A DNA stretch of 60,952 nt, filler included, from Basidiobolus ranarum (GCA_040143965.1; 15 parts of 15 records of this genome joined end to end with filler, not necessarily neighbours in it), one strand, 5' to 3'; positions 37,741 through 50,589 are shown, numbered from the whole stretch's first letter. Numbers and translations are program-made. Notes: a model not told the origin generated them from the letters alone.

Positions 37741-38538
37741 CTTTTATCATTATATATATTGGCTACGATGAAGTTTTGTGCTGGATTTTAGAACTACGAA
37801 TGCATGAGATATAGTATGATTTGGAAATTTAGTGTACATCATTAACTGTCACTGTGTCCCCAACCTCACCAGGCCTTGAATTGTCTACTTATGCAGGTAT
37901 ACAAATAAGATGGCTTATTTCAAGGTGCATTTGGAACTTGTCAAGTGATTACTAGTAATTGAGGTAGCTATATGGTGAAAGTTTGATCATTGACTTCCAA
38001 GTTTTTATCCACCAACCATATACAAAGATCATTTTTAAGGCCCCACTTTGGCAATACGAGCTTGCAGATGAATACTCACAACCTGCAACCATCAACCAAA
38101 CACATCCTGTACTTTTGAATGATTGGATATAACCAGTGAACAGGCAATCAAACTCAGTTGGGATGACCAAATATAAAGTTCAATTAGGAGAACTAAAGCC
38201 TTGTACGATTTAGTAAACACTAAACAATTGTATGACGCGTATACATGTGCGTCTACATGTGGACCTGAAAAGATATTGGCGACTAAGTTGTGATGTGTGG
38301 GATGTGCGTGATTGCAATCTATCAACCCCTGATTTAGCCAAGAATGGGATTTTCTCCTTATTGGTGGCACGATCGTAATCCTAATTGTAATCCCAATCTC
38401 TGCCGATAATTGGTGGTAACAGATATCCAAATCATAATGGCAACCTCTACTGACAATTGATGGCAAAACGTATATATATATATATCCTCCATCTCTAGTG
38501 TTACTATTAGGGTTAGTGAATAACATCGTGGCATCATC

Positions 38539-39496
38539 ATGGCTCACAAGTTTAACCACAATACTACAGCTGAGAAAGCTGCTACTCTATTTGCTAACAA
38601 TATCAAGGGAAAAACCGTACTAGTAACAGATGCACTTGGGGTGGCCTTGGAGCGGAGACAGCCCGTGTTGTAGCCAAGTATGGTGCTGGCATGGTCATTC
38701 TTGGTGGCAGAAAGCAGGAAACTCTTGACGACACTATCAAAAAGATCAAAGAAGAGACACCAGAAGCCAAACTGCATCCACTTATCATTGATTTAGCGTC
38801 ACTTGAATCTGTTCGTAGTGCAGCCAAAGAGGTCAACGAATACTCTGAACCCATTGATGTTCTAATCAATAATGCAGCAATCATGGCCTCTCCCTATAAT
38901 GCTACAGTAGATGGATTTGAGGCACAATTTGGAGTTAATCACCTTGGTCCTTTCTTGTTCACTAATCTAATCCTGCCCCAAATCCTTGCATCCAAAACTG
39001 GTGCTCCACGCATTGTTAATGTCTCTAGTCTCGGACACAATGTCAGCCCAATTCGATTCGCTGATTATGGATTTAATAATGGCAGAGACTACGACAAATG
39101 GCAAGCATATGGCCAATCCAAGACAGCCAATGTGTTGTTTGCGCTTGAACTGAGCAACCGCTATAAAGGAAAAGGACTCACTGCGTTTAGTCTCCATCCT
39201 GGAGTGATCAGGACCAATCTTTTAAGACACGTTGTTTTGACGCTGAGGTTGCAAATGTGCCTGATGCCAATGGTAAGCCGCAGGGGATTGAGGCTTTGAA
39301 GTGGAAGACCATACCCCAAGGATCAGCTACTCACATTGTTGCCGCGTTTGACCCGTCAATCAAGGATCAAAGTGGTTTGTACTTACGGGATGCACAAGTG
39401 AATAATGCAGCTGCCCAACCATATGCACTAGATGCTGCCAATGCCCACAAATTGTGGGCTCTGAGTGAAAAGCTAGTTGGTCAGAAGTTTGATTAA
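38539..39496 (+). pseudogene. Short-chain dehydrogenase/reductase (retinol dehydrogenase-like) with two frameshifts
   Basis: GKTVLVT[fs ~38628]CTWGGLG Rossmann motif, NNAA, VNHLG, YGQSK, SLHPG. A second frameshift near 39238 leads to KTIPQGSATH...KLWALSEKLVG. Confidence 0.85.
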
Positions 39497-39639
39497 ATTA
39501 GGCAATTGGTACAGAAATCCCTTGGTTACAGAAATCACCGACAACATTGGAATGTGCATAATGTTATGGATGTTACTTGCACTGATGAATAATTCTGAAA
39601 CCAATTTGTTGCTGATGCTGCTTCTCTATTATGTCCTAC

Positions 39640-40094
39640 TATCCCTAACAGAAATTTGAGGATTGTTATTGTAGGAAAACCATAACAATTTTAATCCATT
39701 TTGGATTGACCATTTACTTACCATTATAAAATTTCAAGTTAGATTAGGTAAAATTTGGGATCTTACAAAATAGTTGCACATCATTAGCTACAATCTCAGA
39801 GAACTATGGATCAACACATGTGCAAAAAATGTAACTCTAATTTTACACATTTACCACTTGAATACTCATTTGTCACCTTCAAAATCCCTAGTTTCTTTGA
39901 TTTATTCTTCTGAATATTTTTATAGAGTTCTTCATATCCAAGGTTTAACTCATATCCAACACAAGTTTGTATCAATATCTCTATCAAAGTCCACCATTGT
40001 ATTAACATTGCTGAATCAACATTCTTCCAGCTATTTGGCAGATACCCTGCAATATTGTGCCACTCTGTATTAAGTTCTTCCCAGATATCTGCAC
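39640..40094 (-). repeat. Family E repeat fragment
   Basis: The minus strand reads ADIWEELNTEWHNIAGYLPNSWKNVDS. Homologous to 14790-14870 and 45134-45235; the left part is shared with 36368-36574. Confidence 0.7.
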
Positions 40095-40098
40095 TTAG

Positions 40099-40640
40099 GT
40101 TAGGGGGATAATAAACACCACAGGGTGTAATATATATTTAAGAAAATGATAAACAACTATTATATAAATAAGCCAACGTAGCATAATATGTCAACAATAA
40201 AAGTTGAAGTTACAATATCAAGAAAAAAATGAAGTATGGGAATACTCAGGTTAGTTAAAAACCTTAGAGTTTGCTATTTCCCATGGATGTTGAATGTCAA
40301 AGGGTTAGGGGGATGATAAACACCAGAAGGTGTAATATTTATTTATCAATTTAAACAAAGTCAATAAATAAATAAGCCAAGTTAGAATATAATATTCAAA
40401 GATAAAGTCAAGAAGTTGACAAAGCTGAGTTTCCTAGTAAGCTAGGCCTAAGAGTATTCCAGATAGGATGGAGCCAAGTGTAGAGAATTCCAGAAGGGAT
40501 GGGGCCTAAGTAGAGTTTTCCAGAATGGATGGAGCCAAGAGTAGAGTGTTCCTAGTGAGCTAGGCCTGAGAGTTGCTAGTAGTAAGAAGTTGCTGAAAGT
40601 TGAGATATGAGAGCTGGGAAGGTGCCTTTAGTTCCTTCCC
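40099..40640 (-). repeat. Two LTR-like ends (family D), with an internal ~30-bp tandem array at 40427-40575
   Basis: GTTAGGGGGATRATAAACACCA.A.GGTGTAAT at ~40099 and ~40304. Related sequence at ~35990 and 44940-44985 (inverted). Units AGAGTxTTCCAGAxxGGATGGRGCC. Confidence 0.55.
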
Positions 40641-40859
40641 NNNNNNNNNNNNNNNNNNNNNNNNNNNNNNNNNNNNNNNNNNNNTTAATTAATTAANNNN
40701 NNNNNNNNNNNNNNNNNNNNNNNNNNNNNNNNNNNNNNNNGATGAATTTGTATAGCCAAAATACCCTGATATGGTCTGTGTGCTGCACTAATAGCTATAG
40801 TGACTCAAGCAGGCACCCAGGGCATGGTACTTCTAGTTAGATACCTATTTGGTGTCACT

Positions 40860-41960
40860 ACAATTCCAAAAAGGCACAGCTGATCACATTATATACATTA
40901 AAACAACTGGAAATAGGATCCTCTTCTTGGCACTATATGTGGATGACATGATTATATCCACAAATGAGCTAAAAGCACCCAATCAGATGAAAAGCATCTT
41001 ATCAAACTGATGTGAGATTACAAAAGTAGGTGAAATAAGTTATTTCCTTGGAATCCAATTCTAGAGAGATAAATAAAATCAGAAATCATACTGAATCAGC
41101 CTAAATACACCCTAGAAGTCCTAGAAAGCTTTAGCATGCTGAGTAGCAAGCCTGTATCAAAACCAATGGACCCCAATGTGAAATTAAACAAAATTTCTTT
41201 TGATTGGTGAATTAAGTTATTTCCTTGGAGTCCAAATCAAGCAAGCTAAACCCAGTCAGAAAATCATGCTGAATCAATCTAGACCCATCTGCAGCATCTT
41301 AAAATGCTTCAACATGGAGAATATCAAGCATTTATGAACACCAAGGGATCCCAATGTTAAATCAGTCAAAATTTTGCCCAATTTGGCCCTAAATGACTGA
41401 AATCAAAGCCAAGAGTTCACTAATCAATCCATGGTGGATAGTTAAATGTCTGAGATGGTTGGAACACTTCTAGATATTGCTGTGGCAGTGGGAACTGTCT
41501 GCCAATACAGTGATGCAGACTGGGGAAGAAAGCTTGAGGATAGAAGATCAATGACTGGGTACTCTTTTCTCTATGTAATGGAGCCATAACTTGGAATAGT
41601 AAGAAGCAACCAACCATAGCAACTTCCTCTACAGAAGCAGAGTATATGGCAGCCTCTGCTACTATACAAGAAGCTATGTGGTTAAGGAAGTTATGTGCAG
41701 ACTTTGTATACATGCAAAAATGTGCTCTTGCTGTATTTGAACATAAGAAAGTGGTATTTCATTGGCTGAAAACCCTACATTTCATGCTAAAAGCAAACAT
41801 AAAGTTGTTAGGTATCACTTTGTTAGAGAAGCACTAGAGATTGACACAATTGGACTTGCCTTTTGCCCTACTGAAGAAATGATTGCTGTTTTCTTAACCA
41901 GACCTTAAGTTAAAGCACAATTTGAATTATTAAGATATAAGTCAGGTTCCAGAGTAATAC
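40860..41960 (+). mobile_element. Decayed copia family A RT/RNase H fragments with internal duplication
   Basis: LALYVDD near 40930 and WNSKKQPTIATSSTEAEYMAA near 41590. Homologous to 48870-50190. Confidence 0.88.
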
Positions 41961-42720
41961 TGTTGTGTGCCAGAGAAAAGTGGATAAAAAGTCTTGAACT
42001 TTACTGAATCCAAGAAAAAGTTAGTTGCAGAATCTTAGAACTGTTTAAGCAGCATTTATTGGCCAAGCAAATCTAACTAATATATATCTTGGGAATAGCA
42101 GTCAATTTCTATATTACAGTAGAGATTAGGCTTGCTAGGCAACTAGGCTTGGTGTTCACTAGATGCTGGTGGATACCAGGCTTGGATAAAAGTTAGATGG
42201 GAAGATTGAACTTGTTGAGAAACATTGATAAGTGTTAAGATCCTATATTTGTTGAAACACACACTTAACCCAAAGATTCAGTTAGCTTTATTTATACTTT
42301 TTAATAGCAAAGTGAATTAGTCAGTGCCAAGATAATAGGTGACTGATTCTGATAAAAGAAAATGTGATTGGATAGATAAATAAGTGAGTCATGCATCAGC
42401 TGAAGTCTTAGCAGCAAAAAGTCATTAGTTATAATTCTTGTTACTCATATTGACTTGTGTCTAGGCAGATGACTCAGGGGTTAATACTGGTTGGATAATG
42501 ATCATGTGATTGATCATATGAGCTGAATGCAGGGATAAGAGTGTAGATAGTTAGTCATGTGATATATCATATGTGAGAATCACTGCATAAGATGAGGTGA
42601 CTACTTAGCAATGATGATAAACTAAGCAAATATTCATCCAAGTTGTTTAGATGTGTCGCAAGTTTAAACAACTTGGTATGTTGGTGCACAATAAAGACAA
42701 AATAATAAGTAGAGTAAGAA

Positions 42721-43072
42721 TCTTGAAATTAGGTGAATAGCAACTTGTTACTTGGAAGTTTGTTTATTTATATCTGCTTGTTTAGCACTCATCTCTGCCA
42801 TTCAAAAACATGTGTTTCTTGCTCTAAGTAATAGCAATATCAATTAGATCACTTTTACCAATTTTCACTATTTTCTCAAAACATATCAAAGTCATCTCAA
42901 AGTTTCACCAATGCTTTGCAGGCATATTTGTTATGACCTAAGCACAGCCAATAGTCCTGTTACATAGTAAATAATAAACAAGACATATTCAAAATCATCA
43001 AAACTCAAGTGTCAAATTTATAAATGCAAATCTTGCCTAAAACACTTCCAAATCCAGTAAACACTTTTACCA
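42721..43072 (+). repeat. Family A LTR (decayed)
   Basis: TCTTGAAATTAGGTGAATAGCAACT...ACACTTTTACCA, homologous to 50197-50546. Confidence 0.8.
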
Positions 43073-43559
43073 TCTTTTCCATTGCTCCTTTTCTTCATTT
43101 GTACTTCTTTAGGCCAAAAGTGACAAATATATGGGTCCCTTTTTGCCATAAATTGATTGCATAAAATGCAACACTACAGTAGTCAAACTCAGATAGATTA
43201 AAATTGCAACAGTTTTATTTGGATAACAACCCTCAAATATCTGTTAGAGCATTAAAAGTGGTAACAAGAGTCAGGTATTTTCCAAGTGTTAGTGCTACTC
43301 TAAATTTTAGAAATTTAGCAATATTTCCACCATTAGTTTGCTGGTAAAGTATATTATTGTTGTTAAGTTATGCTTAGCCAGTTCAGTATATGCATATGTA
43401 TAGATTAACCATGAAAAGATTCTTGTATCTTTAGATTCTCATTATGGCAGAATACAGAGCTAAGAATATTTAAATATAAATATGCATAGTGATTGACAAT
43501 CCTATAATGGTAAACCCAGCACTTTGCCATTTGAAATTGCTTCATTCCAATAATTGTCA

Positions 43560-43960
43560 GAAATTCAACAACAGATGCCAAATATGTCATCCAATATTTT
43601 GCCATGAATCATTACTGTCATAATACTGTTAAGAAGCTACTATTGAACCATCAAAATCTTTGGCTAATTGTAAGCCACCAACATTGTGATAGTCCTCTGA
43701 TGGTCTTGTGCTCCAGATAGATGGATGCAATCTGGATTAAATCAGCTGTATCTTTGTTAAAATATATGATTGTGTTTGAAGATTATAGGACCATCCATTA
43801 CTTTCTGGCAACTTACTACAAAACAAGTGTTTGGAGAAGAACAACAATCAATCATACTCTCATAGCCAAGTTGGTCATAAATAATATTCAGTGGAAAACC
43901 AAAGATGATGAACACAGCTTTGGTAAAAATTGCACATTTATCTATGCCCTTGGACTCTCA
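43560..43960 (+). mobile_element. CACTA-type transposase relic (plus strand)
   Basis: The reverse complement aligns with 23960-24140. Confidence 0.55.
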
Positions 43961-44805
43961 TAGATTATGAGCAATGAAAAGAAAGCTGTCTTAAACCTAT
44001 GGATAATTTGTACCACTTAAACCAATTATTTGTAAGAGTTTAGTTGTAAGATGTCACATTCATTTTAGCTGGGAGAAATTTTTTTAATATGTATACAGGA
44101 CTATGCTGAATGTACTATGGCTTGTTCCTTTAACACTTGATTGGACACTATAAGGAACAATATGGCACTATCCCACCATAATTGGACACAATGATTTTTT
44201 TGGTGAAATTGTGCCAGCCTGTACCAAGTTACCCAATTTAATTTTGCCAAATTAAGATTTTAGGTAACTGACAATGCAAGTTCATCCCCTACTTTGTACA
44301 TTACCTATTACTGAACGTGTAACAATAAACAACTTATACTGTAACTTACCCAATCAAATGTATAACCAAGACATTTGTATGTCATTAGGCCAATCATTTG
44401 TCTCTCACTCACACATTATCCTGATCTTCAATTGAGCCCAATGGCTCCTGCATTATGAAACACCAGTAGTTTTGGCACACCAGTGACAAATGACAGTACT
44501 GGATGATGGATCAAGCTGCAGTATAACAGTCATGATCAGAATTGCTTGATTCATCATTTTTTGATCAGCAAATTATTCATTCAATTGTATCAGCTTCTAA
44601 TTGGGTGAGAATGAAAATGGATTAAGCCATATTGAGCCAATACCACTGCATAAGCTTTTTCTTGATGGACATTTTTCATTTAATTGTAGATGTAAGACGT
44701 CCATANNNNNNNNNNNNNNNNNNNNNNNNNNNNNNNNNNNNNNNNNNNNTTAATTAATTAANNNNNNNNNNNNNNNNNNNNNNNNNNNNNNNNNNNNNNN
44801 NNNNN

Positions 44806-45240
44806 CAAAATGTATAAATGCTTAATTTCTGGTCAATAAATAATTATCTCACAAAGCTATTCACAACTCCACTTTTCTAAAGTTCCTCCAAACAGCCCAT
44901 ATTTTCCCAATAATTTATTTATTTGTGTTGTCTAATTTGATATAGATAAAGATTACACCTTCTGGTGCTTTACATCCCCCTAATATTCTTTTGGGAGCTT
45001 ATGTTCTGTCTTGGTAAGCCCATATATAAGTGCAAATGGTTGCTGTCTTTCTTCTTGTAAATCACCAGGGTAGTTATAAGAGCAATGTACTGGGAAGAAA
45101 TTGGAATAGGTTCATTGGAAGGTCCACAGCAACTGTGCAGATATCTATGAAGAACTTAATATGGAGTGGTGCAATGTTGTAGGGTTTGTACCAAACAACT
45201 GGAGGAATGTTGAGTTAGAATAGTTACTACAATGTTGTGT
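44806..45240. repeat. Family D LTR-like end (44806-44985) and family E fragment (45134-45235)
   Basis: attacaccttctggtgctttacatccccctaa is the reverse complement of the 40304 motif. gcagatatctatgaagaacttaatatggagtgg matches the reverse complement of 40060-40094. Confidence 0.65.
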
Positions 45241-45903
45241 TGAGTATGTACTAAAGATGAGAATCTGGCATATACAGAAATACTGAGTATTATACTTGGA
45301 CTAATGCCTATATGAGCAATAATGAGATATTGAAGATTTGATATTTAGTAATATATATGAGCTGTTCCATCCAGTCATGCTTTACTTCATCACGTTAAAT
45401 AGAGCTCCTTTTGATTCATGTATTTACTTCCGTAAGGAGAACCAAACAATCATCCTCTTCAACTTTTATTTCTGCTTACTGACCCTAAAGAAAAGCATAT
45501 AACATTGGTGGAGGTGTATAATGCAATCAAGGTAAACACTTCAAATATAATTCCAAGTTGAAGCTTTCATATACATTAGTGTCTGGCTGCTATTTTAGCA
45601 GCGCCCAATCTGATGATGGTACTTGTGAGCGGAACATTTCTCTATTTGAATCAACTTGCCGCTCAGATCCTAATTCTCATGGCAAGTGTAGCATTTGGTA
45701 GTAGTATTCGTCATGTGTAGCCCAAAAGTACCAATTTACCCAAAACCATATATCATTTGCAAATAGGTGATACGCAATATTTACCAATCAGCCACAAATT
45801 TGATTTCACTAATCCAACTTCGAACAATTCTACAATTGGGGAAGCCCATTGCATAATATTAGTATATACATAGGTTGAATAGCAGAATGACTAGTGGTTT
45901 GCA

Positions 45904-47193
45904 ATGCATTCTTTGCTGTCTGTCAGTACGATTACTAATGCACTTCAAGACTGGAAGAACCGCTTCGAAAACCTATTTTTCACATATGAATGGATCTTGC
46001 TTGGAAGTGAAGACCAACCATGCACAGCGAAACGGAGACGTACTCCAAAACTTATATTTTATGTCTTTTGCACCATAGGCATATGTGGTGTTATCGGATT
46101 GATATACTTTTTGTCAACCCTACGAGACTTCAACCCTGAAGACTGGGTGCCAGATCCCAATCCTCTAACTGGAAAGCCATGGTACAGTTCTAAAGAGGTT
46201 TTGGAATTTAGAAGCTCATATCCGCCTCCAGAATATTCTCTTGCAACACCTTCCTTAACATATATGTTGCAAAGATGCACATCTGGGTTTGGAAGTTATG
46301 TGAACAACCTCTTCAACCTATTCTTAATTGCTCTTGATCACAACATTTCTTTTCACATAATATCACTTGACTGGTGTTATGAATCGTGGTCAACATTTTT
46401 TGAAGACTATTCAAGTGGCTCTTCGGCACCTATCAGTCTGGGGCAATACCGTGGACCTCATCGATGGTGGCACTCTTCAGAGTGGAAATATACAAACATC
46501 AGCTCTCCCGACTTCCATGGCTATCTAACGGTGCAACATTGGGGAAAGAATTTTCAAGAGTTTTACCACAAGCAAATCCATACAATTAAGGGACCAATCT
46601 TCGAAAGAAAGCAAATTCTGGCACAGGCATTATGGGAGCCGAAGCCTATCATTGTAGATGCTGTGATAAGTGTGCGCCAACTCTACGTAGAGAAGGCAAA
46701 TAGGGTGCTTATTTCGATGCACATTCGTCGCGGAGATAAACTTGATGACGAAATGGAGGATATTCCTCTGTACCTGTACTATACCAAAGTAGTGGATTTA
46801 TCTACAAACAAATATCCAGGCAGAGACATTGCACTGTTTGTTTTCTCTGATGACGATAAATCCGTGAGTGAACTTCGAGCTTTACTAGCTGCCTACTCCC
46901 ATATCCATGTTTTTATCCTATCTGATGCATTTAGCCGGTACCCTAGTATTGCCAAAGACTGGACTCCACTTGTGCAACGACAAGGCTATGATCAGGATAA
47001 GTTCAGAGAAGCCGATACTGATTACAAGTATCGCCAAACAGCTGAGCTTATTACTGACATGACATTAGCGGCCACAGCTGACGAGTTTATCTGTACTTAT
47101 AGTTCGAACATTGGACGATTGGTAACTTTACTTCGGACAAAGCCTATTGATACTGTGCATAGCTTGGATTTGGATCAATGGTATCATGACTAG
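45904..47193 (+). CDS. GT23 alpha-1,6-fucosyltransferase-like (FUT8/NodZ-type), type II membrane protein, intronless, 429 aa
   Basis: Basic KRRRTPK followed by a TM anchor and Pro-rich stem. SGFGS loop. Motif I MHIRRGDK, motif II VFSDD, motif III DMTLAATADEFICTYSSNIGRL, and C-terminal SLD..W. Confidence 0.88.
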   Translation: MHSLLSVSTITNALQDWKNRFENLFFTYEWILLGSEDQPCTAKRRRTPKLIFYVFCTIGICGVIGLIYFLSTLRDFNPEDWVPDPNPLTGKPWYSSKEVLEFRSSYPPPEYSLATPSLTYMLQRCTSGFGSYVNNLFNLFLIALDHNISFHIISLDWCYESWSTFFEDYSSGSSAPISLGQYRGPHRWWHSSEWKYTNISSPDFHGYLTVQHWGKNFQEFYHKQIHTIKGPIFERKQILAQALWEPKPIIVDAVISVRQLYVEKANRVLISMHIRRGDKLDDEMEDIPLYLYYTKVVDLSTNKYPGRDIALFVFSDDDKSVSELRALLAAYSHIHVFILSDAFSRYPSIAKDWTPLVQRQGYDQDKFREADTDYKYRQTAELITDMTLAATADEFICTYSSNIGRLVTLLRTKPIDTVHSLDLDQWYHD

Positions 47194-48030
47194 CTTTTGA
47201 TATCTTTCACTGTACCATAAAGCTATGATTTTTGGACCATTTAGCCCTTGTAATATCACTTAATAAATTCACTTACCGCTCTAATTTAAGCGCTAATTTT
47301 GGTGGAGTTTTATGAGCCTAACCCTCAATATGAGTTCCAATTCGGATGTTCCTATTTAGATGGGCTGCTTCCTAGTGTACCTCGTGATTATTAATAGATA
47401 GTGAAATAAAGCAATTTCTATATGTTGACCATCTATCAGAAGGAAGAATTGACCATCTATCAGAAAAACATAGCTACAGTTTTCCTGTTACCCAACGCAT
47501 CTAGTTCATGCACATAGAGCGTACAACTGGATTGCTTTTAACTCGATTGCTTTTAACTGGATTGCTCTTGAATGCAGGGGTATGGTGCTGATCTAGATTT
47601 TAACAAAAGGTATCCATTGTGGTGATTTCTTAATGTTTGGGAAATTCACAGATCTCAAACTGATTATCGTACCAGATATGGCTATTAGGTCGATCTGACC
47701 ATCTTTTCAGTATATTGCATTAGTGTCAATGCCTCGACTGTGATGTAAACGTCAACGACTAGAAAAATGTTCAAGCTGTGATACCCCCCCTCTCAGTACT
47801 AGACTTCATCTAGATTAGCTGTTAAATAGCCCAACCATTGTAACGATAAACATTTTCAACGAAATATACCCTCTAACTGTTTCCTAGCAACTCAGCGGAG
47901 ATTTTATAGATTCACCAAGATGTGCAAACAATGGTTTTATAAGATTTACAGAATAAAAATAATGCTATATAAGGTATACTAACAAGGCTGGTGATTTTTA
48001 CACGAACAAACAGCGACCATTTACAACAAC

Positions 48031-48769
48031 TTACGGAGAGTCATTGCTGGTTGGAAATACATCGGCTTTACATAGAGGGCAATATTTGTTGATTAGCAAC
48101 CATTCATCTAAGCATTGTCGATGAAAGTGATGATTGCAACGAGGTTTCCGAATCAATTCACCATCCCTGTACTCCTCAAGACAAATCACGCATAGGGCGT
48201 CTTCCGTATTAGCCACTCTAAACTCAGGTAGATTGGAGATCTCGCGCATATCTATGAATTCATCCAAGCACGGCTTCTTCTCTTGGCTTAACTTGGATCT
48301 TAATTTACTGAGAAATGATGGTTTATGTGGTAAGGGGACCGAGGTCACACTGGTCATTTGCGCACTGGTGTTGGGGGGTTGGGTTGAGCTGCCATATCGA
48401 TACTTCAATAATGCTACGGATTTGATCTCATCTGGTTTGGCACCTGAACCACCATCAGGTCCAATACGGAAGGTTCGCAACACTATCAGAGCACAAGGTA
48501 AACAAAACACCGCAGCGATACATAACAATACTGGTATAGCCACCATAAAGTAGCCCAAAATAATCATAGCCAGACTCATTCCGAACAATGGTGGCGCAGT
48601 GATTTCACAGGTAGAACTCGTAAACAAGAAGTAATTCCCCATGATGAAAAAGAAGACTCCCACAAAATCGAGTAAAGATTTCGTTCTAGAATAGGATTTC
48701 AAAGAAATCAGTTGGTCGTCATAACAATGTTGCGTAGTTATGATAAATGGGAATTTACCGATCGGCCCA
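48031..48769 (-). CDS. Multi-pass membrane RING-H2 E3 ubiquitin ligase, 5'-truncated
   Basis: CVICLEEY...PRCNHHFHRQCLDEWLLINKYCPLCK. TM helices with CLPC. Intron 48686-48758 gives WADR/TKSLLDF. Confidence 0.88.
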
Positions 48770-48869
48770 NNNNNNNNNNNNNNNNNNNNNNNNNNNNNNN
48801 NNNNNNNNNNNNNTTAATTAATTAANNNNNNNNNNNNNNNNNNNNNNNNNNNNNNNNNNNNNNNNNNNN

Positions 48870-50546
48870 TTGGCACTATATGTGGATGACTTAATCATAG
48901 CCACAAATGATCTAGAAGCACTTAATCAGACAAAAAGCAGCTTATCAAACCAATTTCAGATGACTGATATGGGTGAATTAGGTTATTTTCTTGAGATCCA
49001 AATCAAGAGAGATGAACCCAATCAGAAAATCATGCTGAATCAGTCTAGATATATCCTAGACATCCTAAAATGCCTCAACATGGAGAATAGCAAGCCTGTA
49101 TCAATACCAATGGATCCCAATGTGAAATAAATCAAAATCCAAAAATGCACCACAGATCACAGTATTTACATCAAACCTACCAGAAACAGGATCCTTATCT
49201 TGGCACTACATGTGGATGACTTAATCATAGCAACAAATGATCTACAAGCCCTTAATCAGACTAAAAGCAGCTTATGAAACCAATTTCGGATGATTGACAT
49301 GGGTTAAATAAGTTATTTTCTTGGAATACAAGTCCAGTGAGATAAACCAAATCAGAAAATCATGCTGAATCAGTCTAAATATATACTAGACATCCTCAAA
49401 TGCTTCAACATGAAGAATGGCAAGCATGTATCAACACCAATGGATTCCAATGTGAAAATAATCAAATATCATCCAATTTAGCCCAATTGACTCAATCAAA
49501 GCCAGGAGTTCCCTTAGTAATCCATGGTGGGTAGTGTAATGTATACAATGGTTGGAACATGTCCAGATATTGCTATAGTAGGGTGAACTATCAGCCAATA
49601 TCTCAAAAATTCAAGATCTGAGTTCAAAACTGCAGTAAAACTGATATTCAGGTATTTGAGAAGAACTGTAGATCTAGTTCAGGAATACTCTGCACTGCTG
49701 ATGTACAAAATTTTGAAGTCTACAGTGATGCAGACTGGGGAAGAAATCAGGATGATAGAAGATCAACAACTGGGTCCACTTTCCCTATGGTGAAGGAGGC
49801 ATAACTTGGAATAGTAAGTAGCAACCAACCATAGCACTTTCCACTACAGAAGCAGAGTATATGGTTGCCTCTGCTACTACACATGAAGCTATGTGGTTAA
49901 GGAATTATCTACTGATTTAGGATACATGCAAAAATGTGCTAATACTGTATTTGCAGAAAATCAAAGTTTTTTTTCATTAGCAAAAACCTTACATTTCATG
50001 CTAGAACAAAACATGTTGATATTACTCATCATTTTATTAGAGAAGCAATACAGAATGATATAATTGAACTTGTCTATTGCCCTACTGAGGAAATGATAGC
50101 TGACATCTTAACCAAACTTTTAGCTAAAGCACAATTTGCATTATTAAGATAGAAGTTAGGTTTAAGAGAAATACAAAGTAACTAATTGAGTGGGAATGTT
50201 CAAAAACTTAAATAGCAACTCATTATTTAGTATTTAGTATATTCATATTCTGATTATTTAGCACTTAATTCTGCCATTCAAAAATGTGTGTTTATTGCTC
50301 TAATTGATAGAAATATCAATTAGAACACTTGTACCAATTTTCACTATTTCTCAAAACTACTCCAAATCATCTCAAATTCTTACCCATGCTTAGCAGGCTT
50401 GTTTGTTATGATTTAAGCACATCCAATAGTCCTATTTCACTGTAAACTATAAATTGGACATATTCAATTCAATAAAACTTAAGTGTCTAATTCACCAAGC
50501 CAAATATTGGCCAATATACTTCCAAGTCCCCCAAATACTTTTATCA
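48870..50546 (+). mobile_element. Copia family A 3' part: RT (internally duplicated), RNase H, PPT and 3' LTR 50197-50546
   Basis: ALYVDD at 48870 and LHVDD at 49205. YSDADWG near 49720. PPT-like GAGTGGGAA, then TGTT...TTTTATCA LTR. Confidence 0.93.
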
Positions 50547-50589
50547 ATATTCATTTTGCATTGTTTAGTTTCAAGCAAGTATTGGAAAA

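Noticed and set aside
40427-40575. ~30-bp repeated units resembling a mini CRISPR array
   Set aside because: The units are adjacent and degenerate with no unique spacers and no cas genes. They lie within an LTR-like repeat in eukaryotic DNA.
36675-47193. HAS/NodC-like and NodZ-like genes as a nod-like cluster
   Set aside because: They lie on different contigs separated by linkers. No physical linkage can be claimed; only the functional hypothesis is kept.
47425-47570. Short direct repeats TTGACCATCTATCAGAA x2 and GATTGCTTTTAACT x2-3
   Set aside because: Local slippage duplications in intergenic DNA with no further structure.
48134-48553. 139-aa plus-strand ORF
   Set aside because: Antisense shadow of the RING-H2 gene.
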